Part shown: positions 1 through 10,435 of the stretch, in pieces
Numbering within the stretch: position 1 is the stretch's first letter
Layout: each line of letters begins with the position of its first letter
Virus record (IMG/VR): IMGVR_UViG_2695421015_000001
Coordinates: 1 to 64,000 of that record
DNA: 64,000 bases
From: a virus
Lineage: Duplodnaviria > Caudoviricetes
Direction: 5' to 3' (one strand)
Translations under genes and position numbers: made by a program
Notes under the pieces: generated by a model
Database searches by the model: none
What the model was told of the DNA's origin: nothing
The model's input: the letters and a program-made list of their open reading frames with translations, nothing else

Positions 1-288
1 TCAGGATTGCGGCTTTGCCGCTGCAATCTGTTTTTCTACGCCCTGAAGAAATCTATCCATCTCGCGCGCCACTTCGTCCGACATTATGTCCGAAAGCGCT
101 GGATCAGACGTCCTTACCAGGGACTGCTTCGGAAGCGATTCCCGCAATGCCCTATGAACCTCCAGCACATCTTCAGGGCTCATTTTGGCGAGTGTATAAA
201 CATACGTATACAGCCGTCCTAGCAGCAATTTCATCGCTGCTACAGTGGCCACCACCCTAGCGGATTCCTCGTCCATCGCGGCCCCCAT
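1..288 (-). CDS. hypothetical protein
   Basis: 95-aa ORF with a plausible helical sequence; no recognisable motif. Confidence 0.55.
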   Translation of the reverse strand: MGAAMDEESARVVATVAAMKLLLGRLYTYVYTLAKMSPEDVLEVHRALRESLPKQSLVRTSDPALSDIMSDEVAREMDRFLQGVEKQIAAAKPQS

Positions 289-354
289 CTTTCGGCCAGC
301 ATATCAGGTGTCGTGGTTAGGACACTAGGCACAAACCCGCTTGTCTGCTCCGTA

Positions 355-1332
355 TCAGCGCGTGGGGAAGTCCTCATTCTGTCCGCGCGAACGGCGCAAT
401 ACACGAGCGGCAAACTCGACGTAATTCATCTCGCCGTTTGAAAACGGTTCCAACAGGTCCTTATGTCCCTCAAATCGCTGGCGCGCAGCCGCAGCAATGC
501 TGGGAAGGTTTTGCGTGATGAATTTCAAGAGCCGTGCGTCGGGTTGGTTGGTTGTTCTTATATCATGATACCCGAGCATCGTCTTGTGGGCGACTTGCGC
601 TGAGAGCGTAGCATCGGCGGCAGGAAACAGTTGGTTATACGTCTGATGGATGATCAGGCCACAATGCGACAGAACAGCGAAGGTGACGTATGGTATCCGA
701 CGAGCGATCAAGACCGGCACAGCATTGAGCGCAAGGCACTTTCGTAGCGTATCCTTGATTTCGTTTACGTGGGGATACATCCAATGACGGACGTTCTTGC
801 ACTCAATGCCAATTGGTCCCGCGTTAGCGGTCCTTAGGATAAAATCTAATCGCTCGTCTCCTTTTAGTGAGCGCGTCCCAATATGCTGCGTGGGCTCTTC
901 TTTCTTGTACATCGTGCTGTCATCATGACCGTCAAGCTCTTTGAAACGACCCTCAAAATCAGCATTCGGGATTTCTGATAGTGCGCGGTAAGTCGCAATT
1001 TCAAGCGCCTGTCCAATCCGTCCTGCAATTGCAAGGTAGGGCTGGTAGACCGCTAAAAGTATCTGCAGCCGAGCTTCCCAAGCGGCTTTTGAGGTATTGG
1101 AGGCAAAAAACCAAGGTGAGCCCGCAGAGCTGGCAACACCAATGATACCTTCCTTCATCAGGCGCTTGCGGACGTCGGTTAGGACGTGCGGGTCTACTCG
1201 CTGACCATACGGGCCTGCGTCGGATATCTTTTGTTCGAGGGTTCGCTGGTTTGCGATGGTGGCGGTTGCCAGGACGCTCAGAAGGCGCTTCTCGGCGATT
1301 GCCTCTCGCTCGTCGCGGGACAGTTTGGCCAC
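355..1332 (-). CDS. hypothetical protein with PD-(D/E)XK restriction-endonuclease-like motif
   Basis: 325 aa; E(IATY)...RLDFIL...IGIECKN resembles the D...ExK nuclease core; AT-richer than the flanks. Confidence 0.6.
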   Translation of the reverse strand: MAKLSRDEREAIAEKRLLSVLATATIANQRTLEQKISDAGPYGQRVDPHVLTDVRKRLMKEGIIGVASSAGSPWFFASNTSKAAWEARLQILLAVYQPYLAIAGRIGQALEIATYRALSEIPNADFEGRFKELDGHDDSTMYKKEEPTQHIGTRSLKGDERLDFILRTANAGPIGIECKNVRHWMYPHVNEIKDTLRKCLALNAVPVLIARRIPYVTFAVLSHCGLIIHQTYNQLFPAADATLSAQVAHKTMLGYHDIRTTNQPDARLLKFITQNLPSIAAAARQRFEGHKDLLEPFSNGEMNYVEFAARVLRRSRGQNEDFPTR

Positions 1333-1532
1333 AGGGCACCGGAGAGGGGTTTATATATATTTAGAAGTAGTCCGGGCTGGCCCAGCAGATGAAAATGCAT
1401 CTTCGGTTGCGCCGCTGAGCTATGCAATAGGGAATCCCTGTGATTCCAAAACGCCTCTACTCACGGCTACTCCCGCTGTTACAAATTGACCTAACGTCCG
1501 TTACATCAAATCGTGTTTAGGGGCTTTGGGTC

Positions 1533-2264
1533 ATGGCTGAGGGAAAATTCATCTCCTATCTCCGCGTTTCCACCGATAAGCAGGGCAGGAGTGGCTTGGG
1601 CATCGAGGCCCAGCGCGAGGCGGTGGTGCGATATCTGAACGGCGGCGAATGGACGCTTTCGGCCGAGTACGTGGAAACCGAGAGCGGCAGGCGCTCCGAC
1701 CGTCCCAAGCTCGCGACAGCGCTGTCCCACGCCAAGGCAATCGGCGCCAAGCTGGTGTTCGCGAAGCTGGACCGGCTCACCCGCAACGTGGACCTGCTGC
1801 GGTCGCTTGTGGCCAGCGGTGTCGACCTCGTGTTCTGTGACCTGCCTTCGGTCCCACCAGGACCCATGGGCCGCTTCCTGCTTACCCAGATGGCCGCTGT
1901 CGCCGAGCTTGAGGCGGGCCTGATCGGCGAGCGCACCAAGAACGCCTTGGCCGTCGCAAAGAAGCGGATTGTTCGCACAGGGCAGCGCGGCCGGCCGGAC
2001 ATCAAGCGCCTTGGCAACCCCAACGGTGCAAGAGCGCTGAAGGGCAAGCAGGTAGGCAACGCGGAAGCTGTGGCCAAACTCAAGGCCAGCGCCGCTCAGC
2101 GGGCAGGGGACCTGAAAGCCATCGTAGATGACATTAAGCGCTCCGGGATCACGAGCGTTCGCGGGATTGCCGAGGAACTACACGCGCGGGGCATCAGGGC
2201 TCCTCGTGGTGACACGTGGCACCCCACGGCCGTCTCGCGGCTGCTGAGCCGGCTCTCAACGTAG
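1533..2264 (+). CDS. serine recombinase (resolvase family with C-terminal recombinase/HTH region)
   Basis: YLRVSTDKQ catalytic Ser motif, AKLDRLTR, and AELEAGLIGERTK; C-terminal IAEELHARGIRAPRGDTWH. Confidence 0.93.
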   Translation: MAEGKFISYLRVSTDKQGRSGLGIEAQREAVVRYLNGGEWTLSAEYVETESGRRSDRPKLATALSHAKAIGAKLVFAKLDRLTRNVDLLRSLVASGVDLVFCDLPSVPPGPMGRFLLTQMAAVAELEAGLIGERTKNALAVAKKRIVRTGQRGRPDIKRLGNPNGARALKGKQVGNAEAVAKLKASAAQRAGDLKAIVDDIKRSGITSVRGIAEELHARGIRAPRGDTWHPTAVSRLLSRLST

Positions 2265-2419
2265 GAGCGGACACCGCGGTTCCCAGTGGTGGCGCGGCCT
2301 AGCGTCCGGTTTAATTTGGGTCCTCCGGATGGCCTACCTACGGTTTTCAAAATCGAGGCACTCCCGGCTTCAAGATTGCCGGCTTCGCTGGCCAGCCGCT
2401 GCCGAGCTAAGACGAGCCG

Positions 2420-2492
2420 TGTGTTCGCTGCACTGGTAGAGAAGGAGCGCTCGCTTATCTCGACGCGGACCCGTCAGGCCCTCGCGGCCAGC
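2420..2492 (+). pseudogene. serine recombinase fragment
   Basis: Encodes VFAALVEKERSLISTRTRQALAA (resolvase helix E); highly similar to 7390-7440. Confidence 0.65.
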
Positions 2493-2829
2493 CTTCGAAA
2501 CCGAGCTTAAAGGCGTCAGCCGCCGCCGAGGTTACGGCAGGGTGTTCGTTTTCCAGCGGGTGGCCTATGTGGTCCCAAGGTTCTCGCTGAGCACAGGCTT
2601 TTGATGTCCGCTCTAGAACCCTTTGCGGACGTCAATCGAGTATCGCGCCAAGTCCGAAAAGTGCCATTGTCGGAAGTCGGCGAGCTTCGTTCGATTCACA
2701 TCGTGAGTAGGCTGCACAGGGCTAGCAAGTAGGTAGGTCCTGCAAAGCTGAGGAGGCGGCCTCGCGGAAGCCGACGCCCACACTGCCGACTGTAGACAAG
2801 ACAGGCCGCCGATTTTGGGACGGGGAACC

Positions 2830-2858
2830 AAAAAACCGCCCCGGAGGGCGGTTTTCTC
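2830..2858. terminator. bidirectional intrinsic terminator
   Basis: AAAAAA-CCGCCC-cgga-GGGCGG-TTTT just past the stop of the 2876-3835 gene. Confidence 0.8.
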
Positions 2859-2875
2859 TGACAGTTACGTTGACC

Positions 2876-3835
2876 CTATCCGATCACCTTGATGAACATG
2901 CCCTTCTTGGTGTCCGACTTGATCGACATGAGGGCCTTTTCCTCGCGGTAGGCGTTCCACGCGTGAATGCAGGCTTGATAGAAGTTGCCGGGTTTCATCC
3001 GGAAGTACCTGTTCCTTTTTGGCTCCTTTTGCTCAATGAGCCAGCGGGAAAGCATCGTCGCCGGGGCGGACTTATCATCGGCGCCACCGCTGGCGACATC
3101 GTGCCAGAACGTTTGAGCGGCGGCTTTATTGGCGATAAAAGTTGCGTACATCGCGGCCGCGACCGCGGGGCTTTTCAGTTCACCCGCCTTTGTTTCGGTC
3201 AGCAGGTGATTGCCCCACTTGATGAATTCAAACAGTCCGGATTCGCCAAATAGATCATAGACGTTGTCTCCGTCCGGAGCGCCAGTCCCTTCTATATTTC
3301 GGCGCCACCACGCAACACCGTCCACAGCATTCTTGGCGAGCGGCCTCATCAGGTCGCGCAGTTCATCGTGTGAGCATTGATAAGCTCCTGCGACATCAGC
3401 CGATGAACGGCTTGATCTGCGATCATCGAACTGCCGGAACAGGAACGGCAATCCGTGGCCCCCTTCGACTTTGTAGTGGTCGAGATGAACGACCGCAACC
3501 TTGGCAACTTGTTCGAATTCGTCATCTCCGAGGTCGTCCAGTACCCAGCTGCTATGCTGACCGTTCACCCCCAAGGTCACGCCGTTGTATTCGGCTGTCG
3601 CCCAACAGAACGGAATGATCTGGCCTGCGAGAAATTTTTGACGCAGATTCTTGAGACGCGACTTATTCAGCTCGCGTTCGGTTGGCGATCTTTCGAGTCT
3701 GCGGAATTGTCTCACAAATTCTCTCGTCAACGCGAGCGTTTCGGATTTGACCAACTTGAAACGAACAGGTCGATCTGATTCGGATGATAGCGTTGACGTT
3801 TCTTCGCGAAGGGTCTCCTGGCCTGTGTCAAACAT
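2876..3835 (-). CDS. hypothetical protein, possible ParB/DGQHR-like N-terminal domain
   Basis: Long ORF; ER-x-LN...VNGQHS resembles the DGQHR motif; start uncertain (3835 or 3910). Confidence 0.55.
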   Translation of the reverse strand: MFDTGQETLREETSTLSSESDRPVRFKLVKSETLALTREFVRQFRRLERSPTERELNKSRLKNLRQKFLAGQIIPFCWATAEYNGVTLGVNGQHSSWVLDDLGDDEFEQVAKVAVVHLDHYKVEGGHGLPFLFRQFDDRRSSRSSADVAGAYQCSHDELRDLMRPLAKNAVDGVAWWRRNIEGTGAPDGDNVYDLFGESGLFEFIKWGNHLLTETKAGELKSPAVAAAMYATFIANKAAAQTFWHDVASGGADDKSAPATMLSRWLIEQKEPKRNRYFRMKPGNFYQACIHAWNAYREEKALMSIKSDTKKGMFIKVIG

Positions 3836-3897
3836 GATACTCTCCGATGGACTGAGACAAGAAAAGGGGGTGTGTTCGTAGTCCTTTCCAAACGCCC

Positions 3898-4299
3898 CTA
3901 CTTGGCCCATTCGTCGAGCTGGCGTTGGAGCAGAGCGCCCAAACGTTTCAGATGACCGAAGGACACCGTGGCAACATTTTTTTTGCCCTCTGCTATAACG
4001 CCCTCGACCAGCGGGCCGAGTTTCTCGGTCAGCTCACTTACCCTGACCATTTTTTCCATGTTGAACATTCGATAGTAGAATTTGGTGCCTACCTGTTTCG
4101 ACTCGCATCCGATGCGAGGCTTGGTGCCGTCTCTGCGAATGCGAAGAAACATTTTCTCGACATCGTCGGCGTTGGCGCCGATCAACTCGGCGATGGTCGC
4201 CGGATCGTGCCATTTGCCATCCGCGGCGATTCGCTTCATTTCCGCAAACAATTTGCGGCGCTCAAGGTTCTTCCCGGCGCGCGGAGTTTTCGTCAGCAT
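3898..4299 (-). CDS. hypothetical protein, possible winged HTH
   Basis: WHDPATIAELIGANADDVEKM is HTH-like; lies in an operon with its neighbours. Confidence 0.55.
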   Translation of the reverse strand: MLTKTPRAGKNLERRKLFAEMKRIAADGKWHDPATIAELIGANADDVEKMFLRIRRDGTKPRIGCESKQVGTKFYYRMFNMEKMVRVSELTEKLGPLVEGVIAEGKKNVATVSFGHLKRLGALLQRQLDEWAK

Positions 4300-5078
4300 G
4301 ATGCTCTCGCCATCTTTTGCTCGGCGATCCGCCAGCGGCGGCGTTCGGCGTTCGCCTGGATTCGATCTTGTGACACGCCTCTGTTCCAGCGCTTGCCGCG
4401 GCAAAATCCAAGTTGGCGTGAGCAACTTGCAATTGCCGAACTACTGACATCATAATCGATGGCCATATCCGCGTACGGCTCGGTCGTCCTCAAACGTCTT
4501 ACCAGTTCCTGGAAGCGATCTAGAGGCAAGCTCTCCCACCAACATGACCTTCGGTGCTCTCGACGAATTCCCGCGCGATGCGCAATCCCTATTATCCTGT
4601 GGAATGGCATTCGGAATTGTTGAGCTATGAGGTTGTATACGACACCGCGCCGGGCCGCCTTGACGATGCCAACTAATTGTTTAAGTGACGGCTCTCTAAG
4701 AATCCTAGTTGGGCGGCGGTGGATTCCGCGCGTTCTAGCTAGGTAACTGACTTCGCTCTCCGAGATGAGCCAGCGGTCGCCGATTTCATGGTAGGGCAGA
4801 CCGTTTCGAACATCCTGCATAAGGAGTTCGATCTCGTCGACACCAAGGAATCCCTGACGTTTGCGCCATTCCGGGTCGCTGAAATTTTTGCGGCTTAAGG
4901 AGCGGCAGTGCTCGACGACCCGATATCTGAAATCGGGATCGGTAGCTATCAGCTCGCGGCATCGCTCGCTTGCCAACGCCAGATTACTGAGAGAACCTTT
5001 ACGCCACCATTGCTTCATGGCAGAACCCGGTCGGCCCCAGCCTCGTCCAATCCTCGCGGTTCTGTCTGACGTCGTCAA
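4293..5078 (-). CDS. hypothetical protein with repeated HTH-like segments
   Basis: Three GLPYHEIG / GVVYNLIA / EPYADMA segments; start uncertain, may be degenerate. Confidence 0.4.
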   Translation of the reverse strand: MTTSDRTARIGRGWGRPGSAMKQWWRKGSLSNLALASERCRELIATDPDFRYRVVEHCRSLSRKNFSDPEWRKRQGFLGVDEIELLMQDVRNGLPYHEIGDRWLISESEVSYLARTRGIHRRPTRILREPSLKQLVGIVKAARRGVVYNLIAQQFRMPFHRIIGIAHRAGIRREHRRSCWWESLPLDRFQELVRRLRTTEPYADMAIDYDVSSSAIASCSRQLGFCRGKRWNRGVSQDRIQANAERRRWRIAEQKMARASC

Positions 5079-5300
5079 CCCTGGGGGATACCGACGCGCG
5101 GTTGCAGAAAAATCTCAACCCATTGCGGTCGGTGGGCGGTTCCCATCATTGAATTGTGGCGGATGGTGAAAAGGTATGACAATACGTCCTAGGTCGGCCC
5201 ACCAAAATTTATTTTGCTCAACTCAAAGGTTTCTGGCCGGACAGCCGTCACATCGTGGCTGACTCAGGTCGGATAAACCCTCTTGTCTGCTCAGGGTCTT

Positions 5301-6976
5301 GGTTGCGTGATAACGCGCTGACGCGGGCGGGGAACGTCCACGATCCGGTCGGCGTAGTCCGACACGGCCGATCTGAGCAATTTTTTCCTGTTGGGCGATC
5401 AGGGGCCGCCTCCGAGTCGTGGCGGGGAATGCTGGGCATGGTCTGGCTCGGTATCGGCACGCAGTGGGGTCTCCACACTCACGCTCTGATCGCTGCCAGC
5501 AACGCCCTTGTACCGACGATATTCATGACCCGCGTCAGATTGTAGGCGAGTACGCTGAGCGCCATCTCGCTCGCGACCTTCGGCAGCGTCTTCATCAAGA
5601 AGTGCGTCGCGCCCATTCTCATCTTGAGCGTGCCGAAGGGATGCTCAACCGTCTCGCGCCGGCGGCGCATGGCCTGGGGATCTTGATCCAGCCGCTGCTG
5701 CACGATTTCGAGAACGTGCTCATGCTCCCATCGCGTGATGCGGCGTTCTTTGCCTGTGGTGCACTGATCCTTGATTGCGCAGGTCTTGCAGGCGTTCGTC
5801 CAGTACCGGCGCATCTTCTGCCCGTGTTCCTCATTGGCATAGTGGAATTTGAGCTTCTCGCCGGCGGGGCAACGATAGACATCCTCCTCCGGCACATAGA
5901 CGAAGTCCTGCTTGCCGAAGCGGCCTTCCGACTTCGCGCCCGACGTCATCGGTTTGGGCAACGTCACGCAAATGCCTGCCTGCTCGCAGGCCAGGATCTC
6001 TTCGCCATTGAAGTAGCCGCGGTCGGCGACGGCTTCGAGTTTATCGACTTGCAGAACGGCCTTGGCTTCCCGCGCCACGTTCGCCAGTTGTGAGCGATCC
6101 GAGCCGATATTCGTCACATCGTGCGTCACGATCAGATGGTTCACGGTGTCGACCGCGACCTGCACATTGTAGCCGACGACGCCCGAGCCACGCCCACTTG
6201 TTGCCATCGAGCGGCTATCGGGATCAGTGAGCGAGATTTGGTGATCCGGCGAGGCCAACATTTGCTTCTCGTAGGCTGCGAGTTTGCCCATTTCCTCTTT
6301 CAGCTTGTCGAGCTTCTCCTTGAGCCGCGTCGTCTTGAGCACCAGCACTTCGGACGGTTCCTGCCTATCCGCCGTATCGAGCTGGGAGAGATACCGCGCC
6401 ACACTCTCCTCGAGTTGCGCGCGCCGGCGATCGATCTTCCCCCGGGTAAAATTGCGATCTCGATTATTGACCGCTTTGAACTTGCTGCCGTCGATCGCGA
6501 CGCTCGCCTTCGCCAACAGACCCATCTGGCGACAGAGATTGACGAAGCTCGCGCATGCCCTGCGGATCGCCGGGCCATTGTCCTTGCGGAAATCGGCAAT
6601 CACCTTGTCATCGGGAACGAGCCGACCGAGTAGCCATATGACTTCCAGGTTTCGGCCGGCTTCGCGCTCAAGCCGGCGGCTCGACTGCACTCGGTTGAGA
6701 TAGCCGTAGATGTAAAGCTTCAGAAGAACCGAGGGGTGGTAGGCAGGCCGGCCTGTCGCTGCAGGCTCGACGCCTTCGAAACCGAGATCGGCCAGATCGA
6801 GCCCGTCGACAAAGCAATCCACCACACGAACGCAATTGCTCTCCTCGACCCACTCATCGAGGCATTCCGGCAACAACGTCGATTGTCCGCGATCGGCACC
6901 CTCAACGAAGCGCTTCATGATTGCCCCCGGCAAATCGCCAAGCGAATCATAGCAGACAGTTCGTTTTCACGCAGCC
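5301..6976 (-). mobile_element. IS1182-family insertion sequence
   Basis: Imperfect terminal inverted repeats GGTTGCGTGATAACG (5301) and CGTTTTCACGCAGCC (6962-6976); flanks AGGGTCTT / AGGGTCAT may be an imperfect target duplication. Confidence 0.8.
5479..6918 (-). CDS. IS1182-family DDE transposase
   Basis: GRPAYHP..LLKLYIYGY..SSRRLE, AIDGSK, SLTDPDSR, GYNVQ, ADRGY and VEHPFG motifs. Confidence 0.96.
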   Translation of the reverse strand: MKRFVEGADRGQSTLLPECLDEWVEESNCVRVVDCFVDGLDLADLGFEGVEPAATGRPAYHPSVLLKLYIYGYLNRVQSSRRLEREAGRNLEVIWLLGRLVPDDKVIADFRKDNGPAIRRACASFVNLCRQMGLLAKASVAIDGSKFKAVNNRDRNFTRGKIDRRRAQLEESVARYLSQLDTADRQEPSEVLVLKTTRLKEKLDKLKEEMGKLAAYEKQMLASPDHQISLTDPDSRSMATSGRGSGVVGYNVQVAVDTVNHLIVTHDVTNIGSDRSQLANVAREAKAVLQVDKLEAVADRGYFNGEEILACEQAGICVTLPKPMTSGAKSEGRFGKQDFVYVPEEDVYRCPAGEKLKFHYANEEHGQKMRRYWTNACKTCAIKDQCTTGKERRITRWEHEHVLEIVQQRLDQDPQAMRRRRETVEHPFGTLKMRMGATHFLMKTLPKVASEMALSVLAYNLTRVMNIVGTRALLAAIRA

Positions 6977-7169
6977 AGGGTCATTCGCGTCGTTTTGATT
7001 ACCTGACAGCCACATCCGCTCTACCCCGAACAACGGACATTGGCGACCGGGCCGGCATGTCGGAAAAAGCGCGACTTCCGAACCATCTCCGAGGCGCCCC
7101 AAAGTGAACCTCGCGCATCCGGCAGGGCTGGCGTATCGTTTATTGGACAATCAATAGGAGGTAGCAACA

Positions 7170-7355
7170 GTGACACCTAGCGAAGCACTGAAACACATCC
7201 TCACACTCGTCGTAGCATCGACCAAATTGAAAGACGACACGCAGCGCAAGGTGTTGTTACGGAGCGTCGTGGTGGTCGCTCAGAAGGGTCTCGGCGTGGC
7301 ACCGGATGGTGTGGCCGAATGCGCGCCTAACGTCCTGACGTTTCCCACGCGGTAG
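7170..7355 (+). CDS. small hypothetical protein
   Basis: Strong RBS AGGAGG before a GTG start; 61 aa. Confidence 0.45.
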   Translation: MTPSEALKHILTLVVASTKLKDDTQRKVLLRSVVVVAQKGLGVAPDGVAECAPNVLTFPTR

Positions 7356-7384
7356 GCTAACGGGCGGTCTCGCGCGGTGGCGGC

Positions 7385-7690
7385 TGGCCGAGAAGGAGCG
7401 CGCGCTCATCTCGACGCGGACCCGGCAGGCCCTCACGGCCGCCAAGGCTCGCGGGGTGACCCTTGGTAACCCCAAGCTCTCGGTGGCCCGTAAGAGTGCG
7501 GTGCAGGCGGTGACGGCGGAGGCCGACAGGTACGCTGCCAATGTACTGCCCATTATCCGAGAGGCAAAGAAGGCTGGCGCAACGACACTTAGGGAAATCG
7601 CCACTGCACTGAATGCACGCGGTGTTGCAACGGCTCGCGGTGGGCAATGGCATGCCAGGTCCGTGAGCAACGTCCTTGAGCGCGCTCAGT
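7385..7690 (+). pseudogene. 5'-truncated serine recombinase
   Basis: LAEKERALISTRTRQAL...GVTLGNP...LREIATALNARGVATARGGQW; catalytic N-terminus missing. Confidence 0.8.
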
Positions 7691-8389
7691 AGATCAAAGG
7701 GGGACCGACAATGGTTACGCTTTTGGCATTCATCACGGTGGTTTCGGTGGCACTAGAAGCAACGATGGTCGCATTGGTGTTCATGGCGGCAGCGTTCTGG
7801 CACGCAGGGCACTGAGCGCAAGCGTGTTTCGCTGAAGATTTTACGGGTCCCCTGCTCGCCACCGGGCCCCTTTTTGACCGAACCCGGCTCCCTCGGCTTC
7901 AAAATTCGCGAGTAAAGCGGCTTGCCGGCACCGAGGTAACACGGGCGGTGAGCGCCAACAGAGCTGCGTGGGTCCTCCTATGGGTTTCCAATCCGTCGCC
8001 AATGCTTTTTAGGCTTGGCACCACCTTTGCTCTATGCCGGGAAGCGCCGCTAAGGCGTCCCAGAATAGACCAGCGGCACCGAGCGCCTGTCGGATCAGGC
8101 GTGCCTTGGTGTGTCGTCGAGGAACGAAGTGGGGCTATCAGCGGCGATGCTTTTGAACCATGGCCACGGCAGCTCGGCGGATCTTTTGTGACCAGTCAGA
8201 CCGCCTCGGGTGTCTTTCGGATCAGTGCTACGTGGATTGCCTTCTCGAACTCAGAGACGGCAACCCCGCTCTTGTCGGCTCGGTACCCGCGTTCGTCTCA
8301 GCGAAATTGCTCCACGCATCCAAAAACAAGGCGCTGGCACACTTCCATCAAAGATGATAGTTAGACCAAATACAACTAATGGTATGAAG

Positions 8390-9019
8390 ATGGAAACAGA
8401 ACTGATAGTTGTTGGATTTAGATCAGCTGAGCGACTTTTAGTTGCTGGGGGAGGTATTGTAGCGCTCGTGTTGGGCTATCGTCTGTTTGCTCAAACAGAA
8501 AGCCACGACGCGGCGATGGAGGCCCGAGTAGGGAAAAGCTATTTGCTGCGGCTTCAAAGGGTCGGTCCAGGAATTTTCTTTGCGTTATTCGGCAGTGCGC
8601 TACTCGCTGTGGTGATGTATTCCAACGTGGACATCAGCTTCCCAACTGTTCAAAAGACCTCCACCACTCCGGCTACCGTAAGCAACGTCCACTTCGGTGC
8701 AGAGACGTATGGCAGTGCAACGCCTCAGACGAGAGCACTTTTGTACGCGCGGTCTCTTCAAATTCTTGCTGATGCCGCGTCGTTTGGCAACGCGCCCAGT
8801 AATGTAGAGGCCCAAAAATCTGTCTCGGATGCAATTCAAGCTACGAACCAGCTTAAAGAGATTTTTGTTGATCAAGTATTAGGGGCCGGTTCTTTCCGCC
8901 TCTGGCAAACAGCTCAGTCCATGGAAAAACTGGAAGCCGGATACAAGCAGAAACTTTCCGAAGCTCAGCGCAATACAATTGCATCTGTAGACCGCATCCT
9001 GCAAACGGGAGCACCTTGA
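8390..9019 (+). CDS. hypothetical membrane protein (2 TM segments)
   Basis: Hydrophobic LLVAGGGIVALVLGYRLF and GPGIFFALFGSALL; overlaps the start of the next gene. Confidence 0.65.
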   Translation: METELIVVGFRSAERLLVAGGGIVALVLGYRLFAQTESHDAAMEARVGKSYLLRLQRVGPGIFFALFGSALLAVVMYSNVDISFPTVQKTSTTPATVSNVHFGAETYGSATPQTRALLYARSLQILADAASFGNAPSNVEAQKSVSDAIQATNQLKEIFVDQVLGAGSFRLWQTAQSMEKLEAGYKQKLSEAQRNTIASVDRILQTGAP

Positions 9020-9897
9020 TGCAAAGGTGTCTGGCTGCAGCGGCAATCTTTGTGATCTCTGTTCAGAGCTGTTGTGCCCAAGGAGCCGATCCCTTTTATG
9101 ATTGGCTTAAGGTGCAGGTAGCCTCCATTGCATCCGACCTAAAGGCCAAAATTGAGCCGGAATACAAGGAGGTCGCATCGCAGATTTACTTTCACGTCGA
9201 CCAGTACGGATTAGCAAACGCAGGGGCGTTGATTGATCCTCAACGACACCAGCGCGAGGTAGTTGTGTTTCGCGGGTTGGGCGGAATGCTTGAGCTAGTC
9301 TCCCTTGCGCTAGCCTACGGGAGCGATCCACCCCAGTGCGGATACGCATTCATCGATAAGACATACCAAGACTTCTACAATAATTCTGCCCGCTCCGCGC
9401 GAAACTTGCAGCCTACCGACGTAGTCCCACCGAGCGTTTTTTGGCAAACAATGCCGGAGTGCCAAAAGGCAATCACCGATATTTTAAGTCGAAAACCTGA
9501 CCTAGACGAGCAATATCGATACTACTTCGGGTCTTCGGTGCTCCTTCTTCTACTGCACGAAACGGCCCATCACGTGCTTGGACACGTCGAGCATCCGATT
9601 TCAGTTTCGCCCGAAACACCCGAATACATCTCCCAAGCTAGGTATCGAGAGGACGAAGCTGATCTGTGGGCTATTCAACGTATGAACAATATGAAACTGG
9701 CCATTCTCAATGCTGTGCCGCTATTTCTCCATAGTGTGCTGGCGGAAGCTCCTTTGGACGCGGAGTATCTAAATATGCAAACTCACTCTCCGGGCACCGC
9801 GCGAGTTCGTCGCCTTCTGGAGGCGGCCGCTACTCAGAACCCGGAGCCATACGCGAGCCAAATTCGCAGCATGAAGTCACTGTTTCCAGACCATTGA
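9016..9897 (+). CDS. secreted HExxH zinc metallopeptidase (M48/Lit-like)
   Basis: Signal peptide; LLHETAHHVLGH...EDEAD...THSP..AR. Confidence 0.75.
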   Translation: MMQRCLAAAAIFVISVQSCCAQGADPFYDWLKVQVASIASDLKAKIEPEYKEVASQIYFHVDQYGLANAGALIDPQRHQREVVVFRGLGGMLELVSLALAYGSDPPQCGYAFIDKTYQDFYNNSARSARNLQPTDVVPPSVFWQTMPECQKAITDILSRKPDLDEQYRYYFGSSVLLLLLHETAHHVLGHVEHPISVSPETPEYISQARYREDEADLWAIQRMNNMKLAILNAVPLFLHSVLAEAPLDAEYLNMQTHSPGTARVRRLLEAAATQNPEPYASQIRSMKSLFPDH

Positions 9898-9959
9898 ACC
9901 TCCTTCGGCCAACGCCTTCGCAAAGTCGAATATTCAGGTTCAAACATTTTAAATCGCTC

Positions 9960-10240
9960 ATCGTCCGCTTGGAGCGAAAACAGTCCTTGCACCGCATGTA
10001 GCGCTCAAGCTCGTGGATTGGTGTTGTTTTGGGCCTGCGGACCACATCGAGCGCAACGGTCTGGTTCGTGTCACAACCGAGACACCGAACTTCAAGATAC
10101 AGGTAATCAGCGTCTAGCGCGTCACCCAGCGTCGGCGATGGCTGCGCAGGTCCCGGAAGCCGAGCATGCGGTAATTCCACGCCTCGCACGCCAGCCGATC
10201 AGCCTCCTTGCGAGCCTCCTTGGCACGCTCGGCTGACATG
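9960..10240 (-). pseudogene. degenerate zinc-ribbon hypothetical protein
   Basis: PSPTLGDAL..LEVRCLGC...RCKDC; 5' part appears frameshifted. Confidence 0.45.
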
Positions 10241-10435
10241 AGGATCGTGGTGCCGTAAATGGGCTCGCGGGACTTGGTGGACATGCCGCATGATTGCGCC
10301 AGGATGGCCTCCTTGGGAAGCCGCTAGGGTTTGGAGGACGGCCGCACGGAGCTACACCTCGTCGTGGGTGTGCATAAGTTTTACGGCGGATACTCGAGGT
10401 GAGGCACAGCTCAATGACTTGCCACTTGACCCGTC

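Noticed and set aside
2603-2680. ATGTCCGCT...GCGGAC palindromic element, similar to about 7011-7080 and 13489-13517
   Set aside because: Resembles common dispersed rhizobial intergenic repeats; copies too degenerate to delimit by eye.
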